NCBI GenBank assembly: GCA_030141605.1
Contig: JAQGDQ010000003.1
Span: 2,232,001-2,296,000 of the forward strand
Source: Tubiluchus corallicola
Taxonomy: Eukaryota; Animalia; Priapulida
Direction: 5' to 3'
Length of the DNA: 64,000 nucleotides
The notes beneath the pieces were generated by a model. That model had not been told where the DNA came from. It did no database searches and saw only the letters and a list, made by a program, of their open reading frames with translations. Positions 50,050-64,000 of this stretch are shown here, piece after piece. Numbering within the stretch: position 1 is the first letter of the stretch; each line of letters begins with the position of its first letter. Made by a program: the position numbers and the translations under genes.

Positions 50050-50740
50050 CTCTGCGCTACAATTCCTGCAGGTTGGTGCATTGACTTTTCTAGTGTCTCA
50101 CTAATGTCTTTACAAATTCTTCATTATTATGAACTAGACCTTGAAGTTCCTCTAGGTCCATCCAGCTCAGGTCAACTTAAATTGTAATGAGACTATTAGA
50201 CTTGACAGGATGCTTGACCATTCATCTACTGCTTTTGAAGCAGACTAACTTGTCTAAAGCTGTAGTAATGTAGCATTCTGCCCTGATCTAGGATAAGTAA
50301 TTGTTAATGTCTCTCCCTTTTAATTTATATCGATTTTTATTTGTCGTTGGCTCAACTTGGCTTTCAAGAAAATTATCTTGATGTATCTCCCTTGATGTGT
50401 CATGTTCCATTGCTTACTACCTGTCAACAGCATGTGAAGTACTGGTTCTACTGTCTATCGTAGTTCACTAATATTGGTAAGTGCTTGTAAACTGAGGAAC
50501 TACGTCTGGCAGCCTGGAACTCTCAGAAATCTGAACAGGTTCCATCAATAAGGCATTGACAAGCCAGCCATCTTTTTGCGTAATAACTGCCTACTCAGTC
50601 AATGGAAAGAAAAACATACTTGGAATGTCTGGTAATCAGTTTTCAACGAATAGTGTCCATTACTGAGAGTTTGTGAAACCAGCAGTATTCACTTACTCTA
50701 GCAGTAGTTTGTCTGTGCAAGTTTAACAGCCTGTTTTTTT
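50050..50740 (-). mobile_element. Possible highly decayed LINE (RTE-like) remnant
   Basis: Weak minus-strand remnants (GPRGT, W..IL-like). Heavily disrupted. Confidence 0.3.
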
Positions 50741-51449
50741 TTCAAGACAATATAGACAACATTGAACAGAGAATCTTGACTGGTGAAAGGTTAGCTGATG
50801 CACTAACACCAGGTGATCATTTGTTTAGAGATACGAATTATTTAAAAAAAGTACAAATATTTGAAATTTTGGCGGTTTTTGGCTGCTACAAAGGATTTTG
50901 CCGCATAGATTGATTGCTTACCAGTGCTATGTGTGCACTTTTAATCTTGCGCAAAATAATTAACAAGAACCTGTGCATATTTTGAAGTAAAACTGCCTTA
51001 GATTTCTGGATTGGTCTCAGTGGGATTTAATGTAAGTAGGCCCTTACAGAACACAAAATGAATTATGGGGCCTTCACATTTTCTTTAGAAAACGGCATCG
51101 ATATCAACTTGGTTGTCCTTTGTTGCAGTTGGATCAACCACTTAGACAAGAAGTTAAAATGAGATTCGCACTAGTCTAGTGCAACCATCACATTCCTTTT
51201 ACTTGAATGTGGTGCATAAATGTGAGCTTGGCTCAAGTCTCTTTTTTATATATAGTTGATTGGGTTTTAAAAGCTTTCTTAAAATCTCTTTCGCAAGCTT
51301 GATTTTTTATCTATTTAAAACTATTTTTACATTGTCATTGTGCTTTGACTGATATGAGCCACTGAAAAAGGCACAATTTTGGCCAGGAAATAAAGTCTGG
51401 TACATTTTGACAATACTATTTATATACGATGGCGTTACATGTATATACA

Positions 51450-51535
51450 TGGGGAAAAATCGCGTTTTGTTCAATGTCTTAGGGTTACGGGTTAGGACTA
51501 TTTCTTTTTTCCTGTGACTTTATTACCTAGATTCG
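51450..51535 (+). mobile_element. Partial copy of the TTAGGG-core MITE-like element
   Basis: ttagggttacgggttagg core followed by tttcctgtgactttattacctagattc, matching the 55680-55718 end. Confidence 0.5.
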
Positions 51536-52735
51536 GGTCTGTGGTACTGTATTGCAAAATTTGTAAAATCACTTATCGTGCTTCATAAAAATGCTTGATT
51601 CAAGTAGCAAGTTGTAATTTCAGGAGTGAAAAATTACACGCTTGTGTTTGTTCGGCTCTCATGTCTAGCGCGCCAAGGCGAGTCGTGTTGGAAGAACGCC
51701 GTAAAATTAACGCATTTACGACATTTTTCTTCAACTGTTCAAACAAATTTGATTGTTTATAATGAAAGCAAACTGCATATCTTCGTTAAGTTCTTTGCAG
51801 CTGAAGTGTGTAGTCTCTTCGCTCCCGCTCCACCAAGCTTGTAGTCTGGAAAACTTGATCGCCTAAAACCGGCCAGTATCTGCTTACTTCTAATGCTTTA
51901 TAGATATGAACGATTTTGGCCATATGCCTGGAGGCCATTGTGAGTTATAAACCCCACCCGCACTTTAGCAACACTTGGCAATAAAAGACTGTAATCGTTT
52001 TAAGTTGGTCGCGAATGCCTTGTACAGAATACAGCATACTTTCTCTTTTGTTTGTGTTTTATTGCCGCCTCCCACCCTATCATGTAGCGTAGCGATTTCA
52101 GATTAAATGGTTTTTAGGCCGTTCAGATTCAAAAATGTACTTTAGCAGTATTGTTGCCGCGCAAAGTTGCTGCTTTATATAGTTTCTCAAGGTGTTGACT
52201 TGTTACGGGATAAACTCCCGTTTACGCCAAATGTTTTACCGATTTTTTTACCGGAAGCCTATCTGTTTTTGTTTTTGGAGTCATGTAACTGTAAACCCTA
52301 TTATCGTTAACTGGAGAAACCAGAGTTACTTGTATCTGAAAGACTAGTATTACGTGTCAAGCCTGTCGATTACATGCTCGTAAACTTGCTTATTTTGCTG
52401 ATATACAGAGGAATTTGAGTTGAAACGACAACATAATTTTTCTAGATAAGCTTCGTTTCCACAAATTTAGACTATGAATAGTAATTACTGTGGATTATAT
52501 GAAGACGGCGGCTAAAGATAGTTGTTTGAAATAACTTTTGAAAAAGTGTTTTTTTCAGAGTATTTTAGCTCTGAGTATAAAACGCCAGCAACTGAACAAT
52601 AAGAGGTTATTAAAACCAGTGATATTTTAGATGTTTGCAGGAGTAGAACAACTGAGCTACAGGGTTTCCATTTACTGTTCAATGTGATAGTTGTTTGGGA
52701 GAAGCCATGCCCGAATCAAACTGAAGTTCAAATTT

Positions 52736-53462
52736 TAGTGTTGCTCCGGGATACACATTTTTGCCCGATAGCGAATAACGGATATCATCGAATATTCCTT
52801 CAAATTGACTTCCGGATTCGGATTATAATCGCATAGATTCCAAATAAATTCGAATCCCATATTCGGATCGTTCGGATAGTGATAAATAGTAACTTATTGA
52901 AACTTTAGTGTTTTAGCTTACACACATTAGGCGTTATTAAATGAGAAATATTTTACTATACTGAATTACAGGGGGTAACTAGTATAAATATATATCAACT
53001 TTGATGTTGTTGCATTTACTGTGGATTTTTTTTATTTATAAATTTATTTATATTTGTAATTAACGCCGTGTTGTAATTCGGTTCATTGAGTTTGGCTGTT
53101 ACGGGAAATCTTTACAGGTGTACACTTTGAATGATTGTTTGTTGCGCGCTACTACGACAAGTTAGTCAAGACACACCGTATTAGTGCATGCAAACAGAAA
53201 AAAATTTGTGTAAATTCGGCAAACACAGACGTCGCCTAATTAAAATAATATCTGAGTTTTTTATTAGTATTTTATGTATTGATTTTCTTCAGTTGTGTAT
53301 TATGTTGTCAATATTATGTTGAACTATTCGAAAACTGTTTTTAATAACATATTACGAAAACCAGATAGCGAATATTTGTGAATTTTCGAATACAAATAAC
53401 TGCAAAATCTCACGAATATCACAATTTTCGGATACGAATCGGGATTATCTGGAGCAATGCTG
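52736..53462 (+). mobile_element. hAT-type MITE (727 bp)
   Basis: TIRs tagtgttgctccgggata / reverse complement cagcattgctccagata. 8-bp TSD tcaaattt / ttaaattt (7/8). Many subterminal ttcgga/ttcgaa repeats. Confidence 0.75.
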
Positions 53463-55562
53463 TTAAATTTACATGTTGATATTTGCGAGGTCGCCTTAAG
53501 TTTGAGAATCTTAGTAAGATCGCTGCAAAGATGGATAAGCATTCAGAAAAAGTATAATCAGCACGTTTTGTGGACATTTTGCAGTTGGGGATAATCACCT
53601 TTTTAAAATTTTCTTGATAATTATCGTTTCCAGTGTTCGTTATAAAAAATGTAGCTGTTTAAAAAAGCCACGGATGAAATAGTTTCGTCCTGGGTATTCT
53701 AACATGCACATCCAGAAGATCGCTTTCGCGATGCATTATGTTTTTATCCTATTAAGGCAGTCGTAAAAAATGAATCTCAATGACCTCGCGAAATAGATTG
53801 ACCCAGAATGACTGACAGCCCGAGTGTACTCAATCTGTCTGGCGTTGACAGCTGCTCTTCTGAAATTGGCTGGCTTCAGCGTTGCTGATGGCTGACTCAG
53901 TTGGAGCTTTCTAATTGACTGGAATTTGTCCACCACAGAAACTACTTGAGAATCAAAGTAGCTTATTGACAGGAAACACTATGTAGTAATTCGAATCATA
54001 ATTAAGTATTTGACAGACAAGCTGAAAGTTTTCAGTGTGATTGGCTGTAATTATACCATTTATTTGTTGGGGAAATTAATGGAATTTGCAAGTTAGTTTC
54101 TACCTAAAGCAAATTTAGATTTATCTTTTAATTGTTTATTAATAAATGGTTTTGATTTTTCGAGTGCAAGTTATGTAATTAAGTACAAATGTATGTATAA
54201 AGTCAGACACGGATGATGAATGAGATTAGGAGAATCATTCAAACTATGAGCACTATTGTAATAATGTCTGCGTAGATATGCGAAGTCTCCCAAATGTCTT
54301 AACGCTGTTAATTGCGAAATATTTGTTAAAATGGTTTTGTTCAGTTTCTTATGTTACTTTCATAGCGGTTCTGTGATATTTCTGTAAGACCCCGCGCAGA
54401 CATGCAGTTTACTCAAAATAGCAGCAATTTTGCTGGTTTACCAAAATCGGACGGGAAGACATGCAGTTCTAACTGCGCATTCTGCTCGAAACGTTAACAA
54501 TAGTTTTTAATGAAGACGTGCAAAAAATTATACGTTTGTCTTTTTGTGGTTGTATTTCCAAATTAGTTGAAAGAAGCATACTAATGTAACCAGAATTAAA
54601 ATTTATAAAACATCTTAAGTAAGGGCCAATCTAATAACTAACCAACGCTTGATACAAAGGGCAATTTCATATGCTATATGCTGACTTACGGGTTTGTCAA
54701 GGTACAGTATATATATATATATACGTACTGTATACAAACAAATTATTAATTTCTCAGTTAATATTTGCTCACTTAAAGAAATTTTTATTGGGCTATTCAC
54801 TATCTTTCTTGACATCAAAACGAGAAATAACAAACGAGAAACGACTCTTATGCCTGACCTTTTCTTGTGTGAGCTTACGTTCACGAGTGTTTTTACAATA
54901 TACGGTAGTCACCTATCTATGCAAAATTTTAACTCGCATACCAATTCACACGAAAAAAGTAAATTATTTGGTTTTACCAGTTAATATAAAAATGTTAGAT
55001 TATTTAGTCGGAAGTTACTTTGTAAGGATTTTTTGTAGTTTACAGCACTGGTATATTTAACTGTTGAGGGCGTGAAGCCTTTTTCTGAGGCAACTGCATT
55101 TGACACTGGGTACTGCAGTATGAGTGAGTAGTCATTGTGAAAGTCCGCAGTACACCTAGCAAGAAAAAAATCAGCAGTGATGCAGTAAAAGTATGCTGAT
55201 TGTACCGAGACGCGTTGTTCACTTTCATACTCCGTTTTCAGTTTCCAAGAGTCGCTGAATTTCTTGAAAGATTTGTAGCAAAGATAGTAAAAATGATTTA
55301 TCTTCATTTATTTGTTTTTCCTTTGTCTCTTTTATGTGTTTGTTTGTGTTTTTAATCAGACACTGTCTTCTTATGCTTAACTGTGTTTTTGGTCGAAAGT
55401 TGTATCATTAAAAATTCCACCAGCGCTCTCTCATTGAAAACAATACCTTGCTTTCAGTGTAGGTTGCAAACTTTTTTTTGCACAATTTTTAGTTGCATAT
55501 GTCTGCGCGCTCTCGTAGACTTTAGTTACTTAGAGATTTTGGTGCTTTCAGTTGCCCATGCC

Positions 55563-55718
55563 TGCCCGGTGACTGGCAATAAGGTCACAGGAGAAAAGTC
55601 ACGATTAATTTTGCCTATGGTTAGGATCAGGGTTAGAGGTACAGTTAGGGGGTTACTTCTTTTTTCCCGTGACTGTTTTCCTGTGACTTTTTTACCTGTG
55701 AGTTTTCTGCCTGGATTC
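55563..55718 (+). mobile_element. Short TTAGGG-core palindromic MITE-like element
   Basis: Arms aaggtcacaggagaaaagtcacg and cgtgactgttttcctgtgacttt flank a degenerate ggttaggatcagggttag core. A related partial copy lies at 51450-51535. Confidence 0.65.
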
Positions 55719-58700
55719 GTCTGCGCGGGACTTAACTCTGTAAGTAGACTAGCGCAAACTAGATTTTGGAGCCTGCTAAAATAGTATAGATTATCTCGAT
55801 TAGAACGGGTCTTCAGTATGAATTTGTGGGTGGTATGTTGTGAGCCATCCCAGCAAAACTTGAACTATTCCACTCTACTATAACTATGTATAAGACTGTC
55901 AACTACCGAGCCTAGAAACTCCTGTCAGCAGCGTGTCCTAATAAATCGATTTTCCAAACAAATTTGCATCTTGTCTCTGACAAACGAAGCTCTCCCGATG
56001 TGGCACACGGTGAGATGTAGATCACTTACCAATCCAATGAACAGTTGTAAGACTACTAGGGCAGCGTAGTATCACCTTTCAACGTTCTGTGAGTTAATAG
56101 TATTTACTACATGCTTAACAGCCATAGCTAGCTTGTATTCACAGCTTGTCACCTTGGGCAGTTTGCCTTTAGCACCTACCCACAGAAGGAACTCAATATG
56201 TCAAGGACTCGTGCTAGTAGAGCTGAGATAAGCATTGCATTTTGACATTTTATGAAAATCTTTACTGTTACCTGTTAGCTGTTTTATTAACTTATGAAGC
56301 GTCAGCCTTTGAGTTTGAGAAGTTATTGCTTAAAGGTTATGTACAGTGAGTTGTGGAAACACAAATTTACAATTTGTTGAAAATCTTATTCCCTGGAACA
56401 AACAACTTCTCACTGGGAATTGGGAAAATACATTGCCTGGTCTGCTATAGTCTGCGCGTACACATTGCTACAGTAAACACTGATCAATTCAGCTGAATAA
56501 GCCAAATTTTAGGCTTAACAACGAAGTGCCAATACTGCAAATTCATGCAAGGCACAAATGATTTTCCTACAGTGAATACTAAACAGTGAGACACGTTTGT
56601 GTTGTGTATTTTCAAGTTGAGATAATCTAAATATAATTACCCCAGCATCCCGATTTACCATATCATCGACTGTTCTTTAATTTGTTGTACGAAATCTCAT
56701 TTTACTTATTTAAGTACAAAGTACATAGTGTAGCTATAATAAAATTATTAGTGCAGTTATTAAACGACAGCCGTAAAATACTATATTTAATATCATGCTG
56801 CAAGATTAACACAATCAACTTTTTTGTAGCAGAGTTCCACTCAGCCCTAGCTGCGTGTTTCTCAAAATAAATTTCATTTATTTTCCATATCGTATGAAAT
56901 GCGTAGAGTAATGCAAGCAGCAAAGCATTCTTGGCAAGCATCTGGAGATGGGAATCTTGGAATTTTGCATTTGCTCTCGAATAACCAGGCTTCTGTATTT
57001 AAGCACAGTCTAGAGGCATTTATCAGTTCCTGATTCTAGCTGATTGGTAGATTCATAGGCTACAGATGTGGCTGTCTTAAATTGCAGATGGTTTCTTTTC
57101 TGATATATTTTAAATAACTTCTGAATTTAATACAACTAAGTAGTGAGGATTAATTTAGGATAGCGAGAGTTAACCTATAGTAAGATTGCTTGTCGTTTGT
57201 GAGTAATTTATCAGGAGTTAGAACTATGTGGTAATTGAGTTTTTGAGAATCGGACCGTCTTATTTACTAGAATATGGTGATTAGTAGATAAATTTATCGA
57301 AGCCGGTGCAGAATACCCAACTTTTTAAATGCTAACGTTGATTCGTAATTTGTAAAAAGAAGCATGGCTTGTAAAATTAGTTGAAGTTTGAAAACCAATG
57401 TTCAAAATTATATTCTTCATTTGAGCTTAGGTTTGCACACCGACGGTGTATGGCTCAGGACATAACAACATGAAAATGCGCTGCATGCAGTTCATGGTGG
57501 AATGCTTGTAATGATTACCTCAGGGCTTGCCGCATATTATAGAATCTTCTGCAATAGCCCGATAGGCCATTGGCACAGCGTGATATTAAAAGCTTTATCG
57601 ATTTAACGTGCTACGCACAATTAAATTGTCCATGTGACATTGAATATCCTTACAAATGTACTCGTCTTCTCAATGTAGCAAACTATTATATGAACATTTC
57701 CTTGTTTTGTTCTGAAAACTATCATTTCTTAGTGGTCAAGCTTTATCCTGGGTATTTCCTAGCAAACTTACACATTTTTAGATGTTGTAAGTTCATGCTG
57801 CTTATTGTCCCTTTTTTGCCTTGTATACAAAAGTCCCCTTGCTGTCTCGTGGGAAAAATGCTACCCGTTTAAAACCATCTTTTTTCTATGATTGAGCAGT
57901 ACGTTTTAAATCAGATTATGTGTGCTAAACGGCTAATCCTTCAAGCGCACAAAACCCTTCTTGTCTGTGGCGATTTCACTCTGCGCTTAGCAACTGTTAT
58001 TGGTTGCCTTTAACGTTCAGAAAATCTGGAGATTACGGTCACATCCGAAAAAATTCTGCAGGCATGATTAGTGGTTGCGGTAGCACACAGGTTGGTTGGA
58101 TAACTGTGGGGTCTAAAGTGCAGCCGCTTCATTAAGCAGTTAGCTGTGCCGAGTTTCCATTAATTTGTTAATGATAAACCACTCATTCTCATTAATGAGT
58201 TTCCTAGGATTATGTCTAAATAGAGAACATAGTTGTTCTTGCACTACGGCGAATTGGAAATACTGATTTCACGTTCGAAACTGATTGTACCCATTTCGTA
58301 GAATAATCTTCATTATTAAAGATGTGATTGATACTTGGGTGCAAAGGTTTATTTTCTATTAAAATTTGTCACATGTAAGTAGGGAGCTGTAATAAAAAGA
58401 TCTATACACGTGTACGTTCGCCACGAATTAGTAATTGTTATCAACGTGACCCTTTGCGGGCTGAATATTCTCAGCCAACACACAAAGAACTTCAAAACAT
58501 CCCCATGGCTTTTGCATTCGCTCTTTGCAGAAAGTGCTAGTTATAGAACGGCTCTCACATTCGACTCTGTTTTGACCGAAAGACCCCGTGACGTTGAAAA
58601 TTTCAGTCTTCATTTTTGTCAGAGATCTATCTATGTTTATTACTTGTCATACATTATTTTTTGCTTGAAATTATCATTAGTCACCTGTAAAAAGTGCAGT

Positions 58701-61700
58701 GCGAATATGAAAATCTCTGATAATTATAATGTGCCTTGGCTAAAATCATGTTGCGTAAACTGATCCTCTTTCAAACAGAATTTTTAGAACAGAGACGAAA
58801 TTATAGCTGACCTATTAAATAAAGTTTTCTACAAAAATTTGCTATTTTTCTATAGTAAAAATAATTTTTCTATCCTATTGTAGGACTTTCAAAAGCTTGT
58901 AAATAATCATAGAGCGCCATATAATTATTAAATTATAAAGTCACCTTTATTGTGTGTAATTTGGACAGGAAACGTAATTAAGCTTTCTTATGACTATATG
59001 TTTTGTATAGAAACTACTACGCGTATTTCTGTTTATAACAGTACTATTAACATAGTAATTTTTGTTGTATATAAAAGCAACCAAGTATTGCTTTTTGCAC
59101 AATTGACAGGTAGTGGCAGCTGTCTTTACCTAGCTATATTAAAGCCCAATGTAATGAATGCATCCAGGAAAATCCGAGGTATGCCTTGTATAACGCATTT
59201 TCCTGCTTCTTGAGGATTTAATTACCATAGGTGTTGGCTTATGTTGTTCCCACGGGTCTAATAAAAATGCTGAGCTGTCACTGAAGTATTGATCAAGTAA
59301 AGCCTCATGTGTATTCACGAAGTATTTTTTAGTGTATTTTGTTATTCTTAGTTTTTTATTGATGCGTGATAAATGTGTAATTTTCATTGTAAATTGTGCT
59401 GTTCCGGTATGTATTCACTGCCTGTACTAATTCTTAACTGGTATTACACTCAGTGAAGTATTCAGTAGTAGCTTGTGGCTTCGAGAGTTTTTTTCTAAAT
59501 GATAATGCTTGATAAACAACGGCATTGACAACGATTGCGATAATAGATGATAACGTTGTGACAGAGGTGGCGGTAATGGTGACAGCAGGGGTGGCGACTA
59601 GCGAAGCTGATAATGGTTCCAATTGTGGTACTCCGTGTGACTACGGCGGTAGTTGTGGTTCAGTGAATCAGTAAATGGAAATGACGATTTTGAGATGCAG
59701 TTTTATTCCACGAAATTATTTGTTTAATCATTGTCATCGTGACTTTCATCATACCCAACCATCGTTATTAGCATTGACTTCAGTAATGCCCAGTGCCAGT
59801 CCTATTCCTTATTTTTCCCTAACTAGTGTACCATTGAGGGTGAGGCGTGACACAGGCTACTGTTAATGCACAACTGCTTATTTATTTGTGGGGAATAGCA
59901 ACACTAAAACCCCTCCTCTGGACTTCATTAGCAGATTAGTATGTGCTTTATTTGTGAAAACCAGTGTTTTGTTATGCGTGCCGCTAATGTTGTTGTTTAT
60001 TGCCCACACAAGCAATATGCGGCGAATGGTTGTACGTATGTATGGTTGTTTGGTTCCACTGTGGTCATCTGATTTCGCCACGTGCAGAACAGCAACCATG
60101 CAGTGAACACATAAATACTTTTAAATAGCGCCATTAAGCGAGTCGTAAAAACTGTCTTTCCTAATACTAACCGTCAACCTGTGGTTAGATGAGATCGTGA
60201 TAGAAATCTCTGTCTTAGTACAAACAGGAATATTCTTGATGAGGTAATAATTTTTTTAATATTTTTTATTAATGCGGTTATCGTTTATCAAAACATTGAA
60301 ATTAAAGATTTGATTGTATTCAACTCGTTTGACATTTCATCAGTTTTTCTTGTTTTTCGTTTAGTATTTATATAATACAGCCCAGTGCCAGCAGGCCAGT
60401 GTGCTGCCTTGGAAGCACTTTGTATTGTGTGTGCGTGATAGACCGGCCAGTTCTGTAGTTGAAAAAAGGGTCTTGCACTTTTTGCTGTTTGTTTGAGTAT
60501 CTGTTGTTTGCAAAGTTTAGTTTCATCATCATTACGCGAGTTGCTACACTCAGACTCAGTTGAATACTGAACACATCATAATTTAGCGGGGGGGTTTAAT
60601 CATTGCAGCGGCTTCCCTAAGCGGTAATGCAATCAACACAGATCGACTACTGAGTGACTAGAAATTGTAGCAAGTTTGCAGCAGAGGCTATTAGATTATT
60701 GCAAGTTTCTGACATTATTAGCTCATCTTGCTACTTGTTGTATGAACAGTTCGCTAACCGCTGCTGATGGCTTAGCAGTGAAAAAATTGACCATAGATTT
60801 TTGTTCGTTTGTGAATCATTGTTGCTCCAACATTTTTCACAAAATGTTTATGGCTAATTTGGAGTTGTAACTGAGAGGAGGGCATAATGCTTTTTATGGT
60901 AGACAATTAGTATATGTTTCATATCATCACATCGGAAGTAAAAGTACTATGATCGCAAACAGATTTGGAAATCCGTTATCCTTTTTCGAAAACATTTTTA
61001 TTAATTGACCGCTTAATATCGGACGAGGGAATTGCCAAATCAGTGTCATTGCCAACATTACAAACAAATTATGGAGCATAATAGATCAGGCCACTACAAT
61101 GCCTCATGGCATTTTCTTATATCTGGTGTAGTGTGGATTTACCTAGGTTTCATTAAAACTTTGTTCTGGTTTTCGTTCGGTGTGATAGTTCTTTCATGTC
61201 TGTTTTGAATGCCTGCGTCTGCCATTGTTGACTGTTCACCTACCCTGGTTAGTTAGTGATTACAGTTGCACAAACAGTCTTGTGTGACTCATGCAGATGT
61301 TAGATCATAGCTAGGCCTACACCTTTGTGCTGATAATACATAAAAAAAGGACATGCTTATATGTAGTAGAAACCTGTGCAACGAACAGTGTACCCTTTCA
61401 TACGTGGACAAATGTGGAGTTTTATATTTTGCTTGCCATTTGTATTATTTTTTCATCTTATTGATGTTTTAGATTTGCTTAGCATTAACAACGACAATGG
61501 CGACGGCAGTGGCAGCGACGCTTTAGCAACATTAAGGAAATCATCAAATCAAATCATTTATTTTTTCCCAGACATAAAAAACAAATAGAGGGATACAATT
61601 CATAACCAAAGTGGATGGGTTAGAAACTTAGAAAGGATATGTTCGTTGTATGAACAAGTGCACACACAACCACAAAATATCTAGATCGACTATAAAAGTC

Positions 61701-62249
61701 GTACAGAAAATTACAGAAAATATTGATTTTGGTAGTGTCAGTCATACAGGAAGTGACTGAATGAACATAACTACTTACAGTTATATTCATGCATTAATTA
61801 TTTTAAGTTTGCCAGTTAACTAACAGTAGTAATTTTGCTTCCTTCTTACAACATTACGAACAATAATGTGTAAAGCCCAAATATTTCATTAGGGAAATGT
61901 AAATATGACTTTAAATACGTTTTGCTACCTTAAATTATTATACAATATTTTAACATTGAAACTTCTGTCCTAAGTATTTATGAAAACATTTTTAGTGAAT
62001 GAGTCAGCGTTGAGCTGAAAGTTAGTACAGTAATCTTTCTGTGTGTGCTCCTGCCGGAATTTCTACAGACGTTTGTTATAAATCTGTTACCTACATTCAG
62101 CGTTTCTTTCACTGATATTTCAGTTCAGTTACAGCCTGAGGCTGCAACACTGTTAATTGTATACTGAGTGCAGCATACAGTTAAAACAGGTTCGAATTCT
62201 TGACTTTTTCACGAACCCGTCAACTTCTTCGCAACGATCAAAATTCTCT

Positions 62250-62752
62250 GGTATTTTGTAAACTGGGCTAACTTCGAACTCAGCTAGTTATTTTTTCTTG
62301 TTTAAAGTTTAAGTGGTTGTATTTTAAGGGTACTGTATGCTCTAAGAAACAGTCTTTTGCAAATTGCTTAGTTTAGGTATTTTGTAAACTGGGCTAACTT
62401 CGAAATCAGCTATTTATTTTTTCTTGTTTAAAGTTTAAGTAGTTGTATTTTAAGGGTACTGTATGCTCTAAGAAACACTCTTTTGCAAATTGCTTAGTTT
62501 AGGTATTTTGTAAACTGGGCTAACTTCGAAATCAGGTATTTATTTTTTCTTGTTTAAAGGTTAAGTAGTTGTATTTTAAGAGTACTGTATGCTCTAAGAA
62601 ACACTCTTTTGCAAATTGCTTAGTTTAGGTATTTTGTAAACTGGGCTAACTTCGAAATCAGGTATTTATTTTTCTTGTTTAAAGGTTAAGTTGTTGTATT
62701 TTAAGGGTACTGTATGCTCTAAGAAACACTCTTTTGCAAATTGCTTAGTTTA
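62250..62752 (+). repeat. Minisatellite, 4 x 126 bp
   Basis: Units start at 62250, 62376, 62502 and 62628 (ggtattttgtaaactgggctaacttcgaa...gcaaattgcttagttta) and are nearly identical. Confidence 0.95.
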
Positions 62753-64000
62753 TAGTTAGTTTGGAGAGTTGTGGAGGCTTGAGAATTTTGGCGTGAGAAT
62801 ATCGCCTGCAAGCTTTATTAACTTGGGAGAGTTTGTGTACAGCAGCTGCCTATCTGCTCAGCAACCTCACAGTTAAGAAATTGTAGCTGTTAACTCACAT
62901 TTGTAATTCACATTATGCTATAATCCATTTAATTTAATGTTTTCATTAGAGCAGAGCTTAATCTTCAAGTGAGCACAGCGCACACAACAGGTAGCTAAAT
63001 TCACTGGGTTTCGTAGATGAGTAAGTTGCCCAAATGACTATAGGTAGTTTTTGTTCAGCGAAAAAGTAGGCAAAAGGCGCAGATTAATTTTTTTCTAGTG
63101 CAATTTATTATCTACTTTGTCTTCATTGTTCTTATCATTAGTTTTCATCGTACGCGAGTCTCTACCTAAAGACTTCACTTCGACATCGACAACTAAAATA
63201 ATAACAATTTTCAGTTGTAAAGATGATTTTCAATTTTATTGTAGATGCTAATAAATTTTCAGCGAGGATCATATAATGTTAGCAAAGCTATCAAGCAGAT
63301 AAAATTTAAAGTAAAATTTAGCGTAAAAATGGACTATGCACATGTAGTGAGGTCATAAAATTTTTATGCATTTTATTTTCCTCCAAGCCTTTTCTTAGCA
63401 CTTCGGGAAAATTACTTAGGCCTGGGCTACATGATTTATTGTAACTTGTCTACACAATGTTTTCAGCGGAAAATCAAGCTCACTCAAGGTATTCTCACCT
63501 TCTTTTTAGTCTGAGATTTGTAAATTCAAACTCGTTCATCGCTGAGTCATTTCTGCTTCCTGTGAACATGGTCATACACCACAGATCGTGACTCGTTCTT
63601 CAACTTGGGCTTTGTTGACTAGACTAGCTCGTGTTTGCGTTACGTATTTGTCTTCATGAGTGACCGATACTTTAAGGCTTTAGCGTGTAATCGGTGTGTA
63701 AGAAAGTTCAAAATAATTCAATTGATCTAGTAGGAGCAAAAAATCAGTTATGTAGTTTTATTCCGCTTTGTGTAGGCAAAATTTGTTACATTCGTTTTTT
63801 GGAGATTGCTTGCGATATTCACGACATACATACATTGCCTAATTAATTTTAAAAAATTAAAATATTACTAAGTGTTTATTAATTATAAAATTTCAGTGTT
63901 ACAGATTTTGACTGCACGTTTTTACCTTGTGGCTAAACAGTTGTCCACAGGAACAGGATGTGTAACTATTGGCAGTGGCAACTTCGGTTCGAACTATTGG

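Noticed and set aside
54615-58763. Cluster of 60-130 aa ORFs in the NHS-like intron
   Set aside because: No recognisable motifs, overlap on both strands, and an F/L/I/C-rich composition typical of random AT-rich sequence.
59888-60106. MGNS... alternative NHS-like first exon
   Set aside because: The start codon is GTG, not ATG, and there is no convincing donor.
62250-62752. CRISPR-like array
   Set aside because: Whole 126-bp units repeat with no unique spacers, the context is eukaryotic, and there are no cas genes.

Overview
AT-rich animal (invertebrate-type) nuclear DNA with spliceosomal GT-AG introns. It is not prokaryotic, and most ORF-track entries are spurious. Manual exon assembly recovers six protein genes: SDHD (+, exons 2-4, 4074-7238), VPS72/YL1 (-, 7 coding exons, 9757-15428, with a long low-complexity C-terminal extension), MRPS21 (+, 27206-27475), SNAPC5/SNAP19 (-, 4 exons, 29105-31954), ARL13B (+, 10 coding exons, about 425 aa, 37057-47128) and the first, WAVE-homology-domain exon of an NHS/NHSL1/GUKH-family gene (+, 48735-49005), whose first intron runs past the window end. 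Introns and intergenic DNA hold decayed LINE fragments, two hAT-type MITEs with near-perfect 8-bp TSDs, three copies of one TIR element, microsatellites and a 4x126-bp minisatellite. The most notable observation is that ARL13B appears to have two alternative 47-nt first coding exons encoding different predicted lipidation N-termini (MGNCVGGC... vs MGKYLNEW...). I found no convincing novel multi-gene system.
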